A stretch of 63,894 bases of DNA, the filler included, from Lenisia limosa (Eukaryota; Protista; Breviatea): the NCBI GenBank assembly GCA_001655205.1. It is 8 parts of 8 records of this genome, joined end to end, with 100 filler letters (N's around TTAATTAATTAA, not from the genome) between each part and the next. Parts side by side here need not be neighbours in the genome. Positions count along the whole stretch, not along the records: positions 52,040 to 58,705 come from LPNZ01002913.1; positions 58,806 to 61,234 come from LPNZ01008269.1; positions 61,335 to 63,894 come from LPNZ01003498.1; 5 more parts are not named here. The stretch is one strand, 5' to 3'. Of this stretch, positions 52,170-63,894 are shown piece by piece. Positions within the stretch are counted from its first letter, which is position 1. Each line of letters starts with the position of its first letter. The notes beneath the pieces are model-generated. The model ran no database searches. It was not told the DNA's origin and saw nothing but the letters and a program-made list of their open reading frames with translations. The position numbers and the translations under genes were made by a program.

Positions 52170-54030
52170 GTCCAGGAATAAAGCCCCCCTTTTCAGTCAC
52201 ATCGGAGGCCTGGCAGCAGGAATCTGCCCTTGCCTCAAGGAAGACATGAGATCCCTCCTCGACTCCAAGGCGCTGGCCAATGCCAAATGCCCTCCTCGAC
52301 CACTCACTCCGGGTCTGACAAACCCGCTGTGACCTCTTGGAGGAGGGGGCTGGCCCTCCCAACAGACCAGTTGCGGTCCCTGAAAGCACGTCCGTCGCCA
52401 TGGAATCCATCGTCACCTTGGTCCCTGGGCCCTCGCCAACACCTCCAATCATTGTCGTACTCACTATCACCTTCATTGTCACCTTCGCCACCCATTCCTA
52501 GACCTCTACCGCGCCGCCTCCGACCCCGGACACCCACAGACTTCGACTTTGACATCGCCAGGGGGGTCATTACGGGCAACCTCACCACCTACCCGATCAT
52601 GACCTTCCATGGCCCCACATGTCCGTCGTTCCGGGAGTACCTGACGTACCTCACCTCCCACCACCTCACTAACCTCACCTTTGTCTTCCAACCTCACCCA
52701 TAACTACCAACTTTACCCCTTCTTTCCCTCATACCTCCACCTATTCGATTTACAACAATTGAANNNNNNNNNNGTGATAGGTGAAACCCATAAAACGGTT
52801 TGCACTCCAAGTGCCCAGATCACCCGCCGCGTCACCACAGAAGTAATCACCATCCCGCCGCCTCGCTCTAGTCTGTTTACCCGCTACCCAGACCGCCCAC
52901 CGCCCCGCTCCAGAAGTGATCACCCTCCCTCCAGTCCGTCCCCATCCACTCCGCCGCCGCTCTCCTATGTCTCTTTTTTTTTTATCTTTGTTTTACTTTA
53001 TTACGATAAATACATTTTTTGTCCTTTCAAAATTTCCACTGGATGTCACAACTTCACGAATGGCTCCAAAATTGGAGAGAAAATAGGGTACGGTATCTAC
53101 ATCCCGGCTTTCGAGCTCCGGCAGCAATGGAGACCGCCCACGGAGTGCCCAAGAAGCATCAACATCGCTGAGCTCATGGCGATCCTACATGTCACAATGA
53201 TACTGCCCTCCGACCCCCTCGCGGAGGCCATTATTTTCTGCGATAACAAGGCGCCGTAAATGAGGTCCAAAAGATGCTGATTGGCGGGGAAGCTCACCCC
53301 AGAGCGGAAGCCTTTGGCTTACTGAGAGCCATCCAAGCCGCGCTTAAGGGGATACCGACGAAGGTCACCATAAAGTGGATCAAGGCTCACCAGAGTATCT
53401 CTAACAGCCAAACGGAAGGAAACAACATTGCTGATGGCCTGGAGAAGCTCGGGGCCACTGACTACACAGCACTTGACGCTTCCTGGAACAAGCAATCCGT
53501 CTGGCCCAGGGGAGCCTTGTCTCCTGCTCATCGCCTGAGACACCCCTCCTCCCCGCCCCGCTTTCCGTTTCGCCTACTCTTCTGTATGGACACATACACG
53601 CTGGCCCCCCACAATACCGAACAAATAGCTCCCTCAACACATCGCCAAGCAGATCGGTATTCGTCTCCCGTGGACTTTGGAGAAATTCCGACTACACCCT
53701 CCCTCCAGTCCGTCCCCGTCCACTCCGCCACCGCTCTCCTATGTATCTTTTTTATCTTTGTTTAACACTGAATGATTTTACGATTAATACATTTTTTGTC
53801 CTTTCAAATTCTTTTTTCTGTTACTGAATGTTTTTTTTAATACATTTTTTGTTCTTTCATTTTTGTTACTGAATGTGTTTTTAATACATTTTTTTGTTCT
53901 TTCAATTTTTTTCAAACCCAAACCTCCGCTGGGGTTGATTGCTCCCACCTTGGCCCGGGGTTTCAATGAGTGCATGCCAACAGCATTTTGTCGGGGGGGT
54001 TTTGGTCCCATGGTATGCTGGTTCGCTGCC
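52170..54030 (+). mobile_element. Decayed retroelement fragment (non-LTR-like) carrying RNase H
   Basis: GC-rich, intron-less block with an RNase HI domain at 53053-53457, an upstream GGLALP-like RT-distal motif after a frameshift (~52335-52360), internal direct repeats and T-rich tandem repeats at the 3' end. Boundaries approximate. Confidence 0.7.
53053..53457 (+). pseudogene. RNase HI domain, inactivated
   Basis: FTNGSKIGEKIGYGIY...SINIAELMAI...IIFCDNK, then a 1-nt frameshift near 53250, then AVNEVQK...VTIKWIKAHQ...GNNIADGL. The first catalytic Asp (TDGS) reads Asn. Confidence 0.8.
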
Positions 54031-54510
54031 ACCTCATACTAATGTTTCTTTGTTTTCCCTGTTCTTCTATTCCTCTTGTTTACTGAAAGTGTATTTTGTT
54101 AGTATGTGTTTATTTCATCTTTCAATATATTTGATTTCAAATTTTTTCCCCGATACTGTACTGAATGTGATTTCTTGCTCTTTCAAAATAAATTTTCCCC
54201 GATTGTTTCTTTACCTGTCATTAAAGTGAGTTAGAAAGATACTACAAGGCGGTACTTGCACTATTACACTCCTTCCTCATGTGCACATCTGATCACAGAG
54301 AACATTATTTTAGTGATTCTAACACGGGGGCGGGCAAGTCGTATATGGTCATAAATAGACCAATCATAAAAAAAAAACAAAAAAAATTCAAATTGGAGGA
54401 AAATGTTGTATTTGGTTTGCCGTACGTACACTCAACACATCTTTCAACTTGGGAATTCTTTTTTAGCAAAGAGTTTGGAGAGAGAGAGATAGAAAGGGAA
54501 TAAATGCCCC

Positions 54511-54568
54511 ACTTCGCAACTCAGGATCTACTCTATTCAAAACTTCGCAACTCAGGATCTACTCTATT
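54511..54568 (+). repeat. 27-bp direct repeat x2 (31-bp period)
   Basis: acttcgcaactcaggatctactctatt at 54511 and 54542. Confidence 0.85.
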
Positions 54569-54809
54569 TCTCTCTGCCAACATAACCGAGTTAGAAAGTG
54601 TCACAATACGAGAGTTCACTTATGAGCTAAATCATAGTATACCAGGTGGAATAAGAAACAGTTAATCAATACATCATCAAAAATATTAATATCGATATTT
54701 ACAGAGGAAGTATCGAGAACTAAGTCCCTGATATGTGCCAAAAAAATCACTTTTAGAGCGAAAAAAATTATGTATTACTAATTTAGAGCGAAAAAAATGA
54801 GTCGCTATA

Positions 54810-57800
54810 TGACTCCACCGCCTACTCTGCAAGCACGGCGAGAGGTCGAGCAAAAGCACCTTGCCATCTAAACTGCCAACAACCACCTGGGATGAGTCTG
54901 GTCTGGCAGCTATCTAAAAGGCTGAATTGAATGTACTATCATGTATACTTATGCATATATTTACATACAATATAACACACTGTATATCACATGCAGAATG
55001 CTTGATTGCAAATAACAAAGTTTGTAGTAGTTTTGAGTTTGATTTTTTGTCGTTGTTGTGACAGTTTCCCAAAGCCTACTGCGGTGAAACGACTGAAGGG
55101 AAGGACAAAACTGGGGAGCTGGAGGCCAGTCTAAACGATGAGTTGTGTTTTGAGACAAAGATCGCAGAGGATCTGACGAGTTCTGTTGGTCAACCGATAG
55201 GTTATGTGAAACGGATGGGGCTTGTTCAAATAAAGACTGAATTTCTCAATAAATCTTCGAAGACTAACGATATTTTCCCGGTCATTTTCGAACCGTAGTG
55301 AAGCCGCCCTAGATATGGATTATGATAAAAGAAGCACTGCTGACAGATATACGGTTCAGTTTTGCTTTGTGGTCTTAAAATGTGGGAACATGGAATTTTA
55401 CCCAAAATTTTACCCAACTCCAGGAATTTTACCCAAATTTGATTTTTTTTTTGCATTTTCGGAATCCCTCGTTATATTTAATGTTTTTCTTGCTCACACA
55501 AAAACAAACTTTGGAATTCAGGGGGTTCTATCTCCTTCTTTTCATCCCGCTCACATTTGAATCGTAGACATGGAGGGAGGAGTTGGCGATAATGGCTGTC
55601 AAGCCAACTGAAGGAAGTTCGACCATATCTCGAATCTAAAGATCTATTACACAAATGTTCAACTCTCAATAATTTGGTTTATGGTAGCAAGCATCCCTGG
55701 AAATGTTTTTATGTAGATCATATTTTAGATGTGCTCTATATAGTGCCCTTCTGAAAAGTAGAAGTTTAATACACCGCCCACCTAGGGCTTCACTTTGGTA
55801 CGAAAAGACAGGAAAAATTATCTATAGTTTTCGAGGTTGTTTTTCCAACCAAATTGAAGCCCTAGTTCTAGCCACCGTATTCCACTTCACATTCCAATAT
55901 TTGAACTTCAGAATCGATGCACAAGTCTTAGTTATTAGTCCATGTCCTTATGGCCAAGATTTCAAAAGTACAATATTTCTCCAAAAAAAGCTCAAGACCT
56001 CTCGGGTTTTTTTTTGTAGTTTTTTGTCCATGGCTCACCTCCCCGTCAGCGACAGTGGACCAAATACACGCCGACCGGTCTTCAGGTCGGTTCACCCAGT
56101 CTAAAAAGGCCTGGTTTATGAGAGAGTTGAAGTGTACTGGATATGTATGCTGTATATAAAAACGTGATTATGTCCAATAAGGCTGAGAGAGAGAGCGATA
56201 AATTTGAGGCAAGAGTTGAGTTATTGATAGAGGGATATGGTGGAATATGACTTGTCGGTCAATTATTATACGAATTGACATGCTATCACTGAGTGGAAAA
56301 TGATAGTTCGCAAGTGTGAAAGTGACCCCCAAAAAATGATATGCTAATTTAATCAAGGTCAGCTCCCTCTCACCATTTTATTGGCGTTGAGATGTGCTCG
56401 AGCCTCTAAAAGGGGTTAGTATTATGTGCCTTAAGTTGCGAATAATAATAAAAAAGAATATTGTATCAGATGATATGATATCCTATATGATATCTCTGTT
56501 TTGTACACACAATGAAATAAAAATCAGAATATTACGTTAATAAGGACTTTATATTTTTGGTTGAATACTATTATCAATGAAGCACAAATATATTCATAAC
56601 AAAACTCTTTCAATGATGCTTTGTATGTACAAAATGTGTAGAATTTGTATTTGTCTTTCCTTTTTGTTAATTGATACATCCATGAGACGTGTTCTTCAAA
56701 AACATGAATTGGGTTTAAATCGGAGATTATTGTTGCTGCTCAAGGAAATAGAGATCAACGCGACGACAAAGACAACTTCCAAAATATCCATGAGAAATAA
56801 AATAAGGTTGTATCTTGTCGAAGCCGTCCATACACCATCACGCTTATACCATTACGCTTATAAGATATTGGATTATTATTATGACAGGTAGAAGTAAGCT
56901 CTGACCTTTTTGCAGGGTAGGAGCCACGGACTTCGGCAGATTTGCTACAATGTCAAAGGTGTGCTGTGGATATTCGCTCAATGCGGCAGCCTGCAGTCCA
57001 ACAAGATCGCAGAAATCTGACAGGCTATAGGGGGGGGGGGTAAAACGAAGGAAATTTCGATGAAGAGAAAATTGGAAAATTTATGAAACACAAAAGTCCA
57101 AATCCACTCTGTTGGCTAACAACTCGGTAAAATAGTGAAGCTTTAGGTGAACTTAAGGAATATAGAACAAAACATCACCACCCTCCTACCGTTCGCCAAT
57201 TTCTTTACCAAAATCGCTTCGAGATACAAACGCATAATCAGCCTCTACACGAAATGAGCTTGATTTACCCAGACCTCGCTTCCATTTGCAAAAAAACAAA
57301 AAGAGAGTGAATTAATAAAAAAAAGTCTCGATGAATACTCATAACTTTTTGATTTACAGTAAAGTCTCTATTGAAACTATGATCATAACAATGAGTGGGG
57401 TAATATCACATGACTGTGTTCATCAAGAAGAAGGTCATATTTCAGCTATTAAGTATTGTATGTGTACGGCTTAACATCGGTCAGAAAAAGATCGGTAAAA
57501 TATCGATAGTTTTCGACAAATTATCGAGAAACCCGGTCTTTTTTCGAACCGAAATGTACTCTCCTTTATGCCCGGGATTAACCTTCCTGCTTTCATTTTC
57601 AATTAACAATATGATATGTTCTGGTGAATATGCGGAACTATACAATAAATCCCCCAGCCCACGAAGAGACTTGAAAGAACCCGTTTTAGCACGAGCATGA
57701 AGATACTCCAGAGACGACAATGTATTTTTGGCAACCTTGAATGTTTTAGAAAAACTCAAGCAGTTGGGAGATGGTGATAAATCCATTAATAGAGTACATG

Positions 57801-58200
57801 ATAATAATAAGCAATCGATCCCGCAATAGAAATAAAAACTTGTGATAATCCAGGAAAAGGTTTAAGTTAGAAGTATACTCAAAAAACACCAATGTAACTG
57901 CTGAAAAAACTAGAATGTTTTATTGGGAGGAGTAGAAATGGAAAATAATGAAAAAAATAATATTAATAATACAAAAATAATACTCAGAATCAACATTGTT
58001 TGTGCCCTAAAACCTCCAAATTTCCACCATAAACAGCGTGATGAACAACCTCCTCAAGTGGCCGGGGGAGGCAGTTCTGCCACTTCATACAGGTGTGAGT
58101 TGTGTCACCATTTTCGTCAGCAGGAGTAAGATGGTCTTTTTCCTCAATATGAACGTCTGACAAGTTCACAGAATTCTGGATGAGATCGGCCACCTGTCGG
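54810..58200 (-). CDS. Multi-exon protein with WD40/beta-propeller-like segments and a possible F-box-like motif (partial)
   Basis: Exons IAARPDSSQVVVGSLDGKVLLLDL, RPEDRSACIWST, LIGHNH, IHVFEEHVSW and TFDIVANLPKSVA. Splicing is not fully resolved. Confidence 0.5.
55785..55862. mobile_element. MITE family A, best copy (TIR GGGCTTCA...TGAAGCCC, TA on both flanks)
   Basis: cTA-GGGCTTCActttggtacgaaaag...ccaaatTGAAGCCC-TAg. Confidence 0.8.
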
Positions 58201-59071
58201 AGTCAGACCAAGGGTATAATATAGAGATGCGAAATAAAACAAGTTTGAAAAAAGACGGAATTTCTCGATAGATCCTTGAAAACTATCGATATTTCCCTGG
58301 TTTTTTTTCGAACCGAAATGAAGCCCTTAAAACAAGATTGTATCTGGCCGAAGCCCTATATAAGAGATATTGGAAATACAACTCTGTACACACAGCTTTC
58401 TGCGTACAATGGAGAGACACTGTCACTTTAATACCAATATCATAACAATCAAATAGGTCAAGACTGAAACAAATATATCAAACAAACACAATAATTACTT
58501 AACAAAACAACTACCGCACCCACAGCAACCCCCCTGACCCATTTCTAGGGTTTTTACAGTCCGAAAAAAAGAGTGAATATATCCTCCATACACCTCGATT
58601 ACCGGTCTTTTTCGGACCGTACCCATTTCAAAACTACCCCCATCCCCCACATACCTTGGAGTGAGTACGGGACACAGTTTCAGTTTCTGGTAGGTAACGT
58701 GATTCNNNNNNNNNNNNNNNNNNNNNNNNNNNNNNNNNNNNNNNNNNNNTTAATTAATTAANNNNNNNNNNNNNNNNNNNNNNNNNNNNNNNNNNNNNNN
58801 NNNNNAAAAATATGATATGCATATAATACATATCATAGTATGTATATATGTATATCTCTTGGAACATAATGAATTAATGACACTAATTTGAATTAATGAC
58901 ACAATTTAGGATCTTGAGCATATAGTATATATAGAGTATATATCTATATATCTACTAATTCACCTTGTTTGATTTCCCATCTCTGTATGATATGATAACT
59001 ATTTCATTGATATAATACATGTATAATATATCTATAAATAATTAATTTACCTTGTTTTATATAATTAACCT

Positions 59072-61230
59072 AGGGTTGCATCAAACCGACAAGGGATTTG
59101 AAGGTTGTATTGTGGATAGCTTCGTCCCCCCAAACGTCAGCGAAGGTATGTTCCACCTTGGGCTTCACTTCGGTCAGAAAAAAATACTGAATTTCCCGAT
59201 AAATCCTCAAAAACTATCGATATTATCCTTTTTTTTTATTCGAAGTGATGCCAAAGATAATATCATCCATTATGTTTATACATATNNNNNNNNNNNNNNN
59301 NNNNNNNNNNNNNNNNNNNNNNNNNNNNNNNNNNNNNNNNNNNNNNNNNNNNNNNNNNNNNNNNNNNNNNNNNNNNNNNNNNNNNNNNNNNNNNNNNNNN
59401 NNNNNNNNNNNNNNNNNNGTGTGTAGCCAGCTTTGCCTTTCCAGATGCACGGAGTTGGAGGGGGGGGAGGCTATTTTGTAATTGTAAATGCTCATTAGAG
59501 TTACACTTTTACTTCAATTTCAAATTTTGTCCATAAAGCAATTATTTACATGGACTTAAATCTTATTCCCTCCCAGAACTCTCACAGCAAAACGATGAAG
59601 AGTTCATATTCCAAAGGTATGAAGATGGGGGGTTCAAACAGGGTGTTGTGGGGAGTGTCACGTTATGGCCAACACCCTCTTAATTTTTTTGATTTTTGGT
59701 CAGGAAATAAATTGTATTATGTCACTGAAACAGTCGTTTTCCTTGCTTTCCCCCTCAAATTCCAGGGAGACGTTCACGTTTGTCCTGACAACAGGTGACC
59801 GCACGAGGGTCTTTGGATTTAGCAGAAGATTTGCATGTATCCAACAAGGTGGGGGGGGAGTCAATTATTGAAACTAACAAGCCCAAAATATTGGCTGACA
59901 ATACACGAGAGTTGAGGGCAACAAAACAAAGACCACAGTCTGTTGGAGGGAGTGGTGGCATTTAGAGTCTGTTGGAGTGAGCGGCCCTGTTCCTCTCATT
60001 TTCCAGATATCAATGCAGTGCCTGCTCTCTACTGCATTTCAATTCTCTCGAAATGGTGGGGTGAGGGGCGCCCCTTGTAGAATTTTATTTATTTTTAACA
60101 TCTTTTCGTCTTGGTCATATGATCATATCACTACTACTGGATATTTATTGTTTTTACCATTATACTTCATCTTAGTTTCCTTCAATCAATCTTCTCCCCC
60201 TCGCATCCCCATTAATTGTCCGTTTTTACCTCCCTACGCTGAAGTGATGTACTGCGGCTGTGGAAGGCTGACCTGGGCTTTTTTTGTTTTGTTGTTTTCA
60301 ACCCTCGTATGTTTGCTTGCCAACAGAGTTTTTATTGTTTCATAAAATTTTCTAATTTTACATTTTCCAGTTTGACACCCCCCCCCCCCCTAGGCTATGG
60401 TATAGCTTTCAAGTTGACCCCTCCCTCCCAGGCCATGGTATAGCTTCTTCTCATCAATACTTGACACTATAANNNNNNNNNNNNNNNNNNNNNNNNNNNN
60501 NNNNNNNNNNNNNNNNNNNNNNNNNNNNNNNNNNNNNNNNNNNNNNNNNNNNNNNNNNNNNNNNNNNNNNNNNNNNNNNNNNNNNNNNNNNNNNNNNNNN
60601 NNNNNNNNNNNNNNNNTTTATTGCGCGTTATATTGAACGTAATGCACGCCACTTTTACCTCTTTTACTCCTTTCTCAAATCGATTTAAGTCAATACAAAA
60701 TTGAATATTATTCATAAATCACCCCAAGGAAGGCCTTTACTTTGATAGTTAATCTGCTATCTGATTTTCCCATTTGAAATCTTGCTTTAAGGGGTGGGGG
60801 NNNNNNNNNNNNNNNNNNNNNNNNNNNNNNNNNNNNNNNNNNNNNNNNNNNNNNNNNNNNNNNNNNNNNNNNNNNNNNNNNNNNNNNNNNNNNNNNNNNN
60901 NNNNNNNNNNNNNNNNNNNNNNNNNNNNNNNNNNNNNNNNNNNNNNNNNNNNNNNNNNNNNNNNNNNNAGAGACTTAGCACCATCACCACTTTTTCTGGT
61001 GATGGGGGGGTGGTGTGTCTTAATATCTTAGGGTTTGAATATCTTGTGGCCTGTTAGGGTCTTAATATCTAGTGGCCTGTTGTGGTCTTAATATCTAGTG
61101 GCCTGTTGTGGTCTAAATATCGAGTGGTCTGTTGTGGTCTAAATATCGAGTGGCTTGTTAGGGTTTTATTTCTCTTTTGTTTTTCGATTCAACAACAATG
61201 TTGTACCTTCATTTTACTATCAGCCAGCAG
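59072..61230 (+). CDS. DENN-domain protein (partial)
   Basis: uDENN-type ETFTFVLTTGDRTRVFGFSRRF, preceded by FAFPDA and followed by LYCISILSKWPWYSFFSSILDTI. Confidence 0.75.
60273..60393 (+). repeat. Dispersed intronic repeat family D ending in poly-C + TAG
   Basis: ctgggc..ttgttgtt.tcaaccct...ccaacagagt...gtttcataaa.ttt.c.aattt(t)ac..Cn..tag. Also at 37821-37936 (-), 57025-57125 (-) and partly at 1336-1371 (+). Confidence 0.75.
61032..61161 (+). repeat. 26-bp minisatellite x5
   Basis: ggtct(t/a)aatatc(t/g)agtggcctgtt(gt/ag) tandem units. Confidence 0.9.
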
Positions 61231-61535
61231 AGTTNNNNNNNNNNNNNNNNNNNNNNNNNNNNNNNNNNNNNNNNNNNNTTAATTAATTAANNNNNNNNNN
61301 NNNNNNNNNNNNNNNNNNNNNNNNNNNNNNNNNNGATGGTGTGGACGGCGTCGGCCAGGTGCAACCATATTTTTTATTTCAAAAATTAATTCACCTTATC
61401 ATTTGCCTTCCTACGTATGAGGATATATATACTATCGATACGGAGGAAAACGATTTAGCTTTCCACAACACATAATGAATACAACTAGTGTCATGTGTTT
61501 TTTTTCTCTTTTGTTATTTTATGCTCTCCCCTAGA

Positions 61536-63799
61536 CTCGAAAACAAGTCACAAGAAGGCCAAGGAAATCATCCAAGTCTCCCACCCCTACATTTTGGATC
61601 TCCTCCTGCATGTTTCCCAGGTTTGTAGTACGATTTTAGACTTCGGGGTAAAATTAGTTCATATTGTTATTGAAAACACGTGTGTTTTTTTTTTTAAATA
61701 GTATTGCTGATAATATTTCATCATTGACTGATGTAAGCAAATTCGACTTGGCTTCAAAAATTATTAATACTGTTAACTATTGGTAACACAACAAAAGCAC
61801 AAATGGTATTTCACAGGGTTTGGGCCTGATCTCTTTAGTTTGAGTATCGAATCAAAACCGTCATTTCACAACTTCTCGTCAAAAAGAAGGTTAGGGGCTC
61901 TTACAGCGAATACTCCCCCACACCCTACTGTTGAATAAATAATAAAGTGGATATGCTTCATTTTATAATGTAATATACATATGATATGTATGCCTATATG
62001 TGTATTATATATATATTATGCATATTCAGTGACCGGGAATCTTGATAGATTTTCCTTGTGAAAATCGGTCAAGGCTTATCCCGGTAACTGACTGTATATA
62101 CAACGTAAATGATACATTGTACGAAATACGAAGAGGTGATTGTTATTCTTCAATTGCTCCTTCGTCTGACAATACTGTCCTTACGTTTCTATATTGCGTC
62201 TCATCGGACTGTTGCTAAATGATCGGGTGCATTAATATTACAAAAATAATGTGTCGCTTTGGAGTAATGGTTGACGGCTTCATTCAGAAACTTCCTTTTT
62301 TTCTTTCTGATTTTTACATATTTTGGAAGAATCCCTATTGCCTTCAACTGCTCTCTTTCTTCTCACCCAACCAGGTCCGTTGGGACGAACTGAAGGCAGA
62401 GGCCCGCACCCGTTGTGACAACTTGGCCACCCATTTCAGCGGCGCCGAGGCCCTCACAAGGGACAACAAGAACGACAAGTTCGGGGCTAGCAATATACTA
62501 GCAGTTTGAAAATACGAAGAGATTTCTTTGTAATATTCCTTTGGCATAAAAGTGGGGTTGATAGGAAAAGTATCATATTACCCTTCGTTAAGTGTTGGTT
62601 TTACATTTATTGACTTTTATAGACTTAAGCAATGGTTCGCAGACATTTCTTCAAAAATCCAAAATCTCGATTATTCCGACTCAACCTTTGCCGGTATGGG
62701 ATCCTTCTTCATTAATACGATGTGCGTGGAAACAGTATTATTATGATGAACTTATTATTATTATTATTCCCATATACTTCTATTCTAGTATTATACATCT
62801 GTGCATATTTTTCGAAGTATCACAGTTATTATAATAGTACTATAATCTCCTTCATTACCCCCCCCCCCCCNNNNNNNNNNNNNNNNNNNNNNNNNNNNNN
62901 NNNNNNNNNNNNNNNNNNNNNNNNNCACCAGCTGCTGACGGCGTTGACGGAGGTGGAGGAGTTCCACCAGGTAGGACATTGGGGATTTGGAATGACGTTA
63001 AAGTGGGGAGAAAAAGTGCATCTGAAAATCTCAGTCAATAAAGTTGATCATGCTCTACAAAGCTCTGTCACTCAAAAAGGATTTATTGTTTAATATTCTC
63101 ACCGTTAAGATTGAGAACAGCATGCATGTCAAGTTCTACCTTGGGGAAACGCGCAACTTCCTCGAGCAAATGCTGAGAACTGTCAATGTCACCGACGAAG
63201 CCCTTACTACTCTTGCGGTACGAGGCCTTTAACTGCAACCAAACCATTTCCTTTCCAAAACCTCGCACGCCACGTGTTGTTGCACAAAATTCAAATCCCC
63301 CCTCCCCAGATTATTTCCGATCTTTGCTACGCCTCAACTTTGATCAGAGATCTCGTTGATCTCATGCAAGCAGCCATCAAGAAGGACCCCTCTACCGTCG
63401 TGCTTCTTAGGTGATCTCTTGATCTGCTTTATACACTCACTTGATTTTCATGATTTGCTTCTTCTCTTTTACATTATATGGGTTTACTTTCATGCTTTCC
63501 TCGTTCCTCTTTTTTTTGTCCTTTTCTGATTATGCAGATCTTCTTTCCTGAAGTTGTCATCCATGCTTGAACTTCCTCTCATCAGAATCCTCCAGGTAGG
63601 TTCAGTTTCTTCCAAAAAGACCCAGGTAGATAGACCTCTATACTATCTATATTTACCCAGACATATCGAAATTCTCCGCTCCCCTCTGGAATGCTCACCA
63701 CCCTAGGCCGGGTCCCCAGATTTGGTGTCAGTATCTGAGTACTACAGTGGCGAGCTGGTTGCGTTTGTCCGGCACGTGTTGAGCATTGTTCCGAGAAGG
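61536..63799 (+). CDS. WASHC5: Strumpellin, WASH complex subunit 5 (internal part)
   Basis: [92 protein letters not shown] and [25 protein letters not shown] closely match strumpellin as recalled. Confidence 0.92.
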
Positions 63800-63894
63800 T
63801 GGGAATGGTGTTCGTTTGTCCACCTTTTTGAAACTGGGATCATGTGGATCTGGCCTCCACCCCTACCCCGATCCCACATTTATACATATTACAT

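Noticed and set aside
55390-55440. Telomere-like repeat (aattttaccca x3)
   Set aside because: Three interrupted copies inside an intron, not a known telomeric unit and not at a sequence end.

Overview
Eukaryotic (protist-like) draft genome with AT-rich introns, high intron density and compact intergenic regions. The window is not one contiguous locus. Seven identical 100-bp artificial spacers (44 N + TTAATTAATTAA + 44 N) join eight independent scaffolds, and many smaller N gaps fall inside introns. Genes recognised by manual splicing: a LamG-domain protein, an E/K-rich helical protein, an ankyrin-repeat protein, a hypothetical protein, PGM2-type phosphoglucomutase head-to-head with a DMC1-like recombinase, a SAC3/GANP-domain protein, a very large Cys-rich repeat surface protein, a Sel1-repeat protein, DCP2 with a giant charged C-terminal extension, a SAM+PH protein, a WD40-like protein, a DENN-domain protein and strumpellin (WASHC5). 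A truncated tRNA-Ala(AGC) has a decayed RNase H-bearing retroelement just upstream of it. The most unusual signals are non-coding: at least four families of short dispersed intronic repeats (two MITE-like with TIRs, two sense-oriented and close to splice sites), plus G-runs after donors and C-runs before acceptors. Exon boundaries were inferred by eye, so outer coordinates are approximate. No database searches were run.
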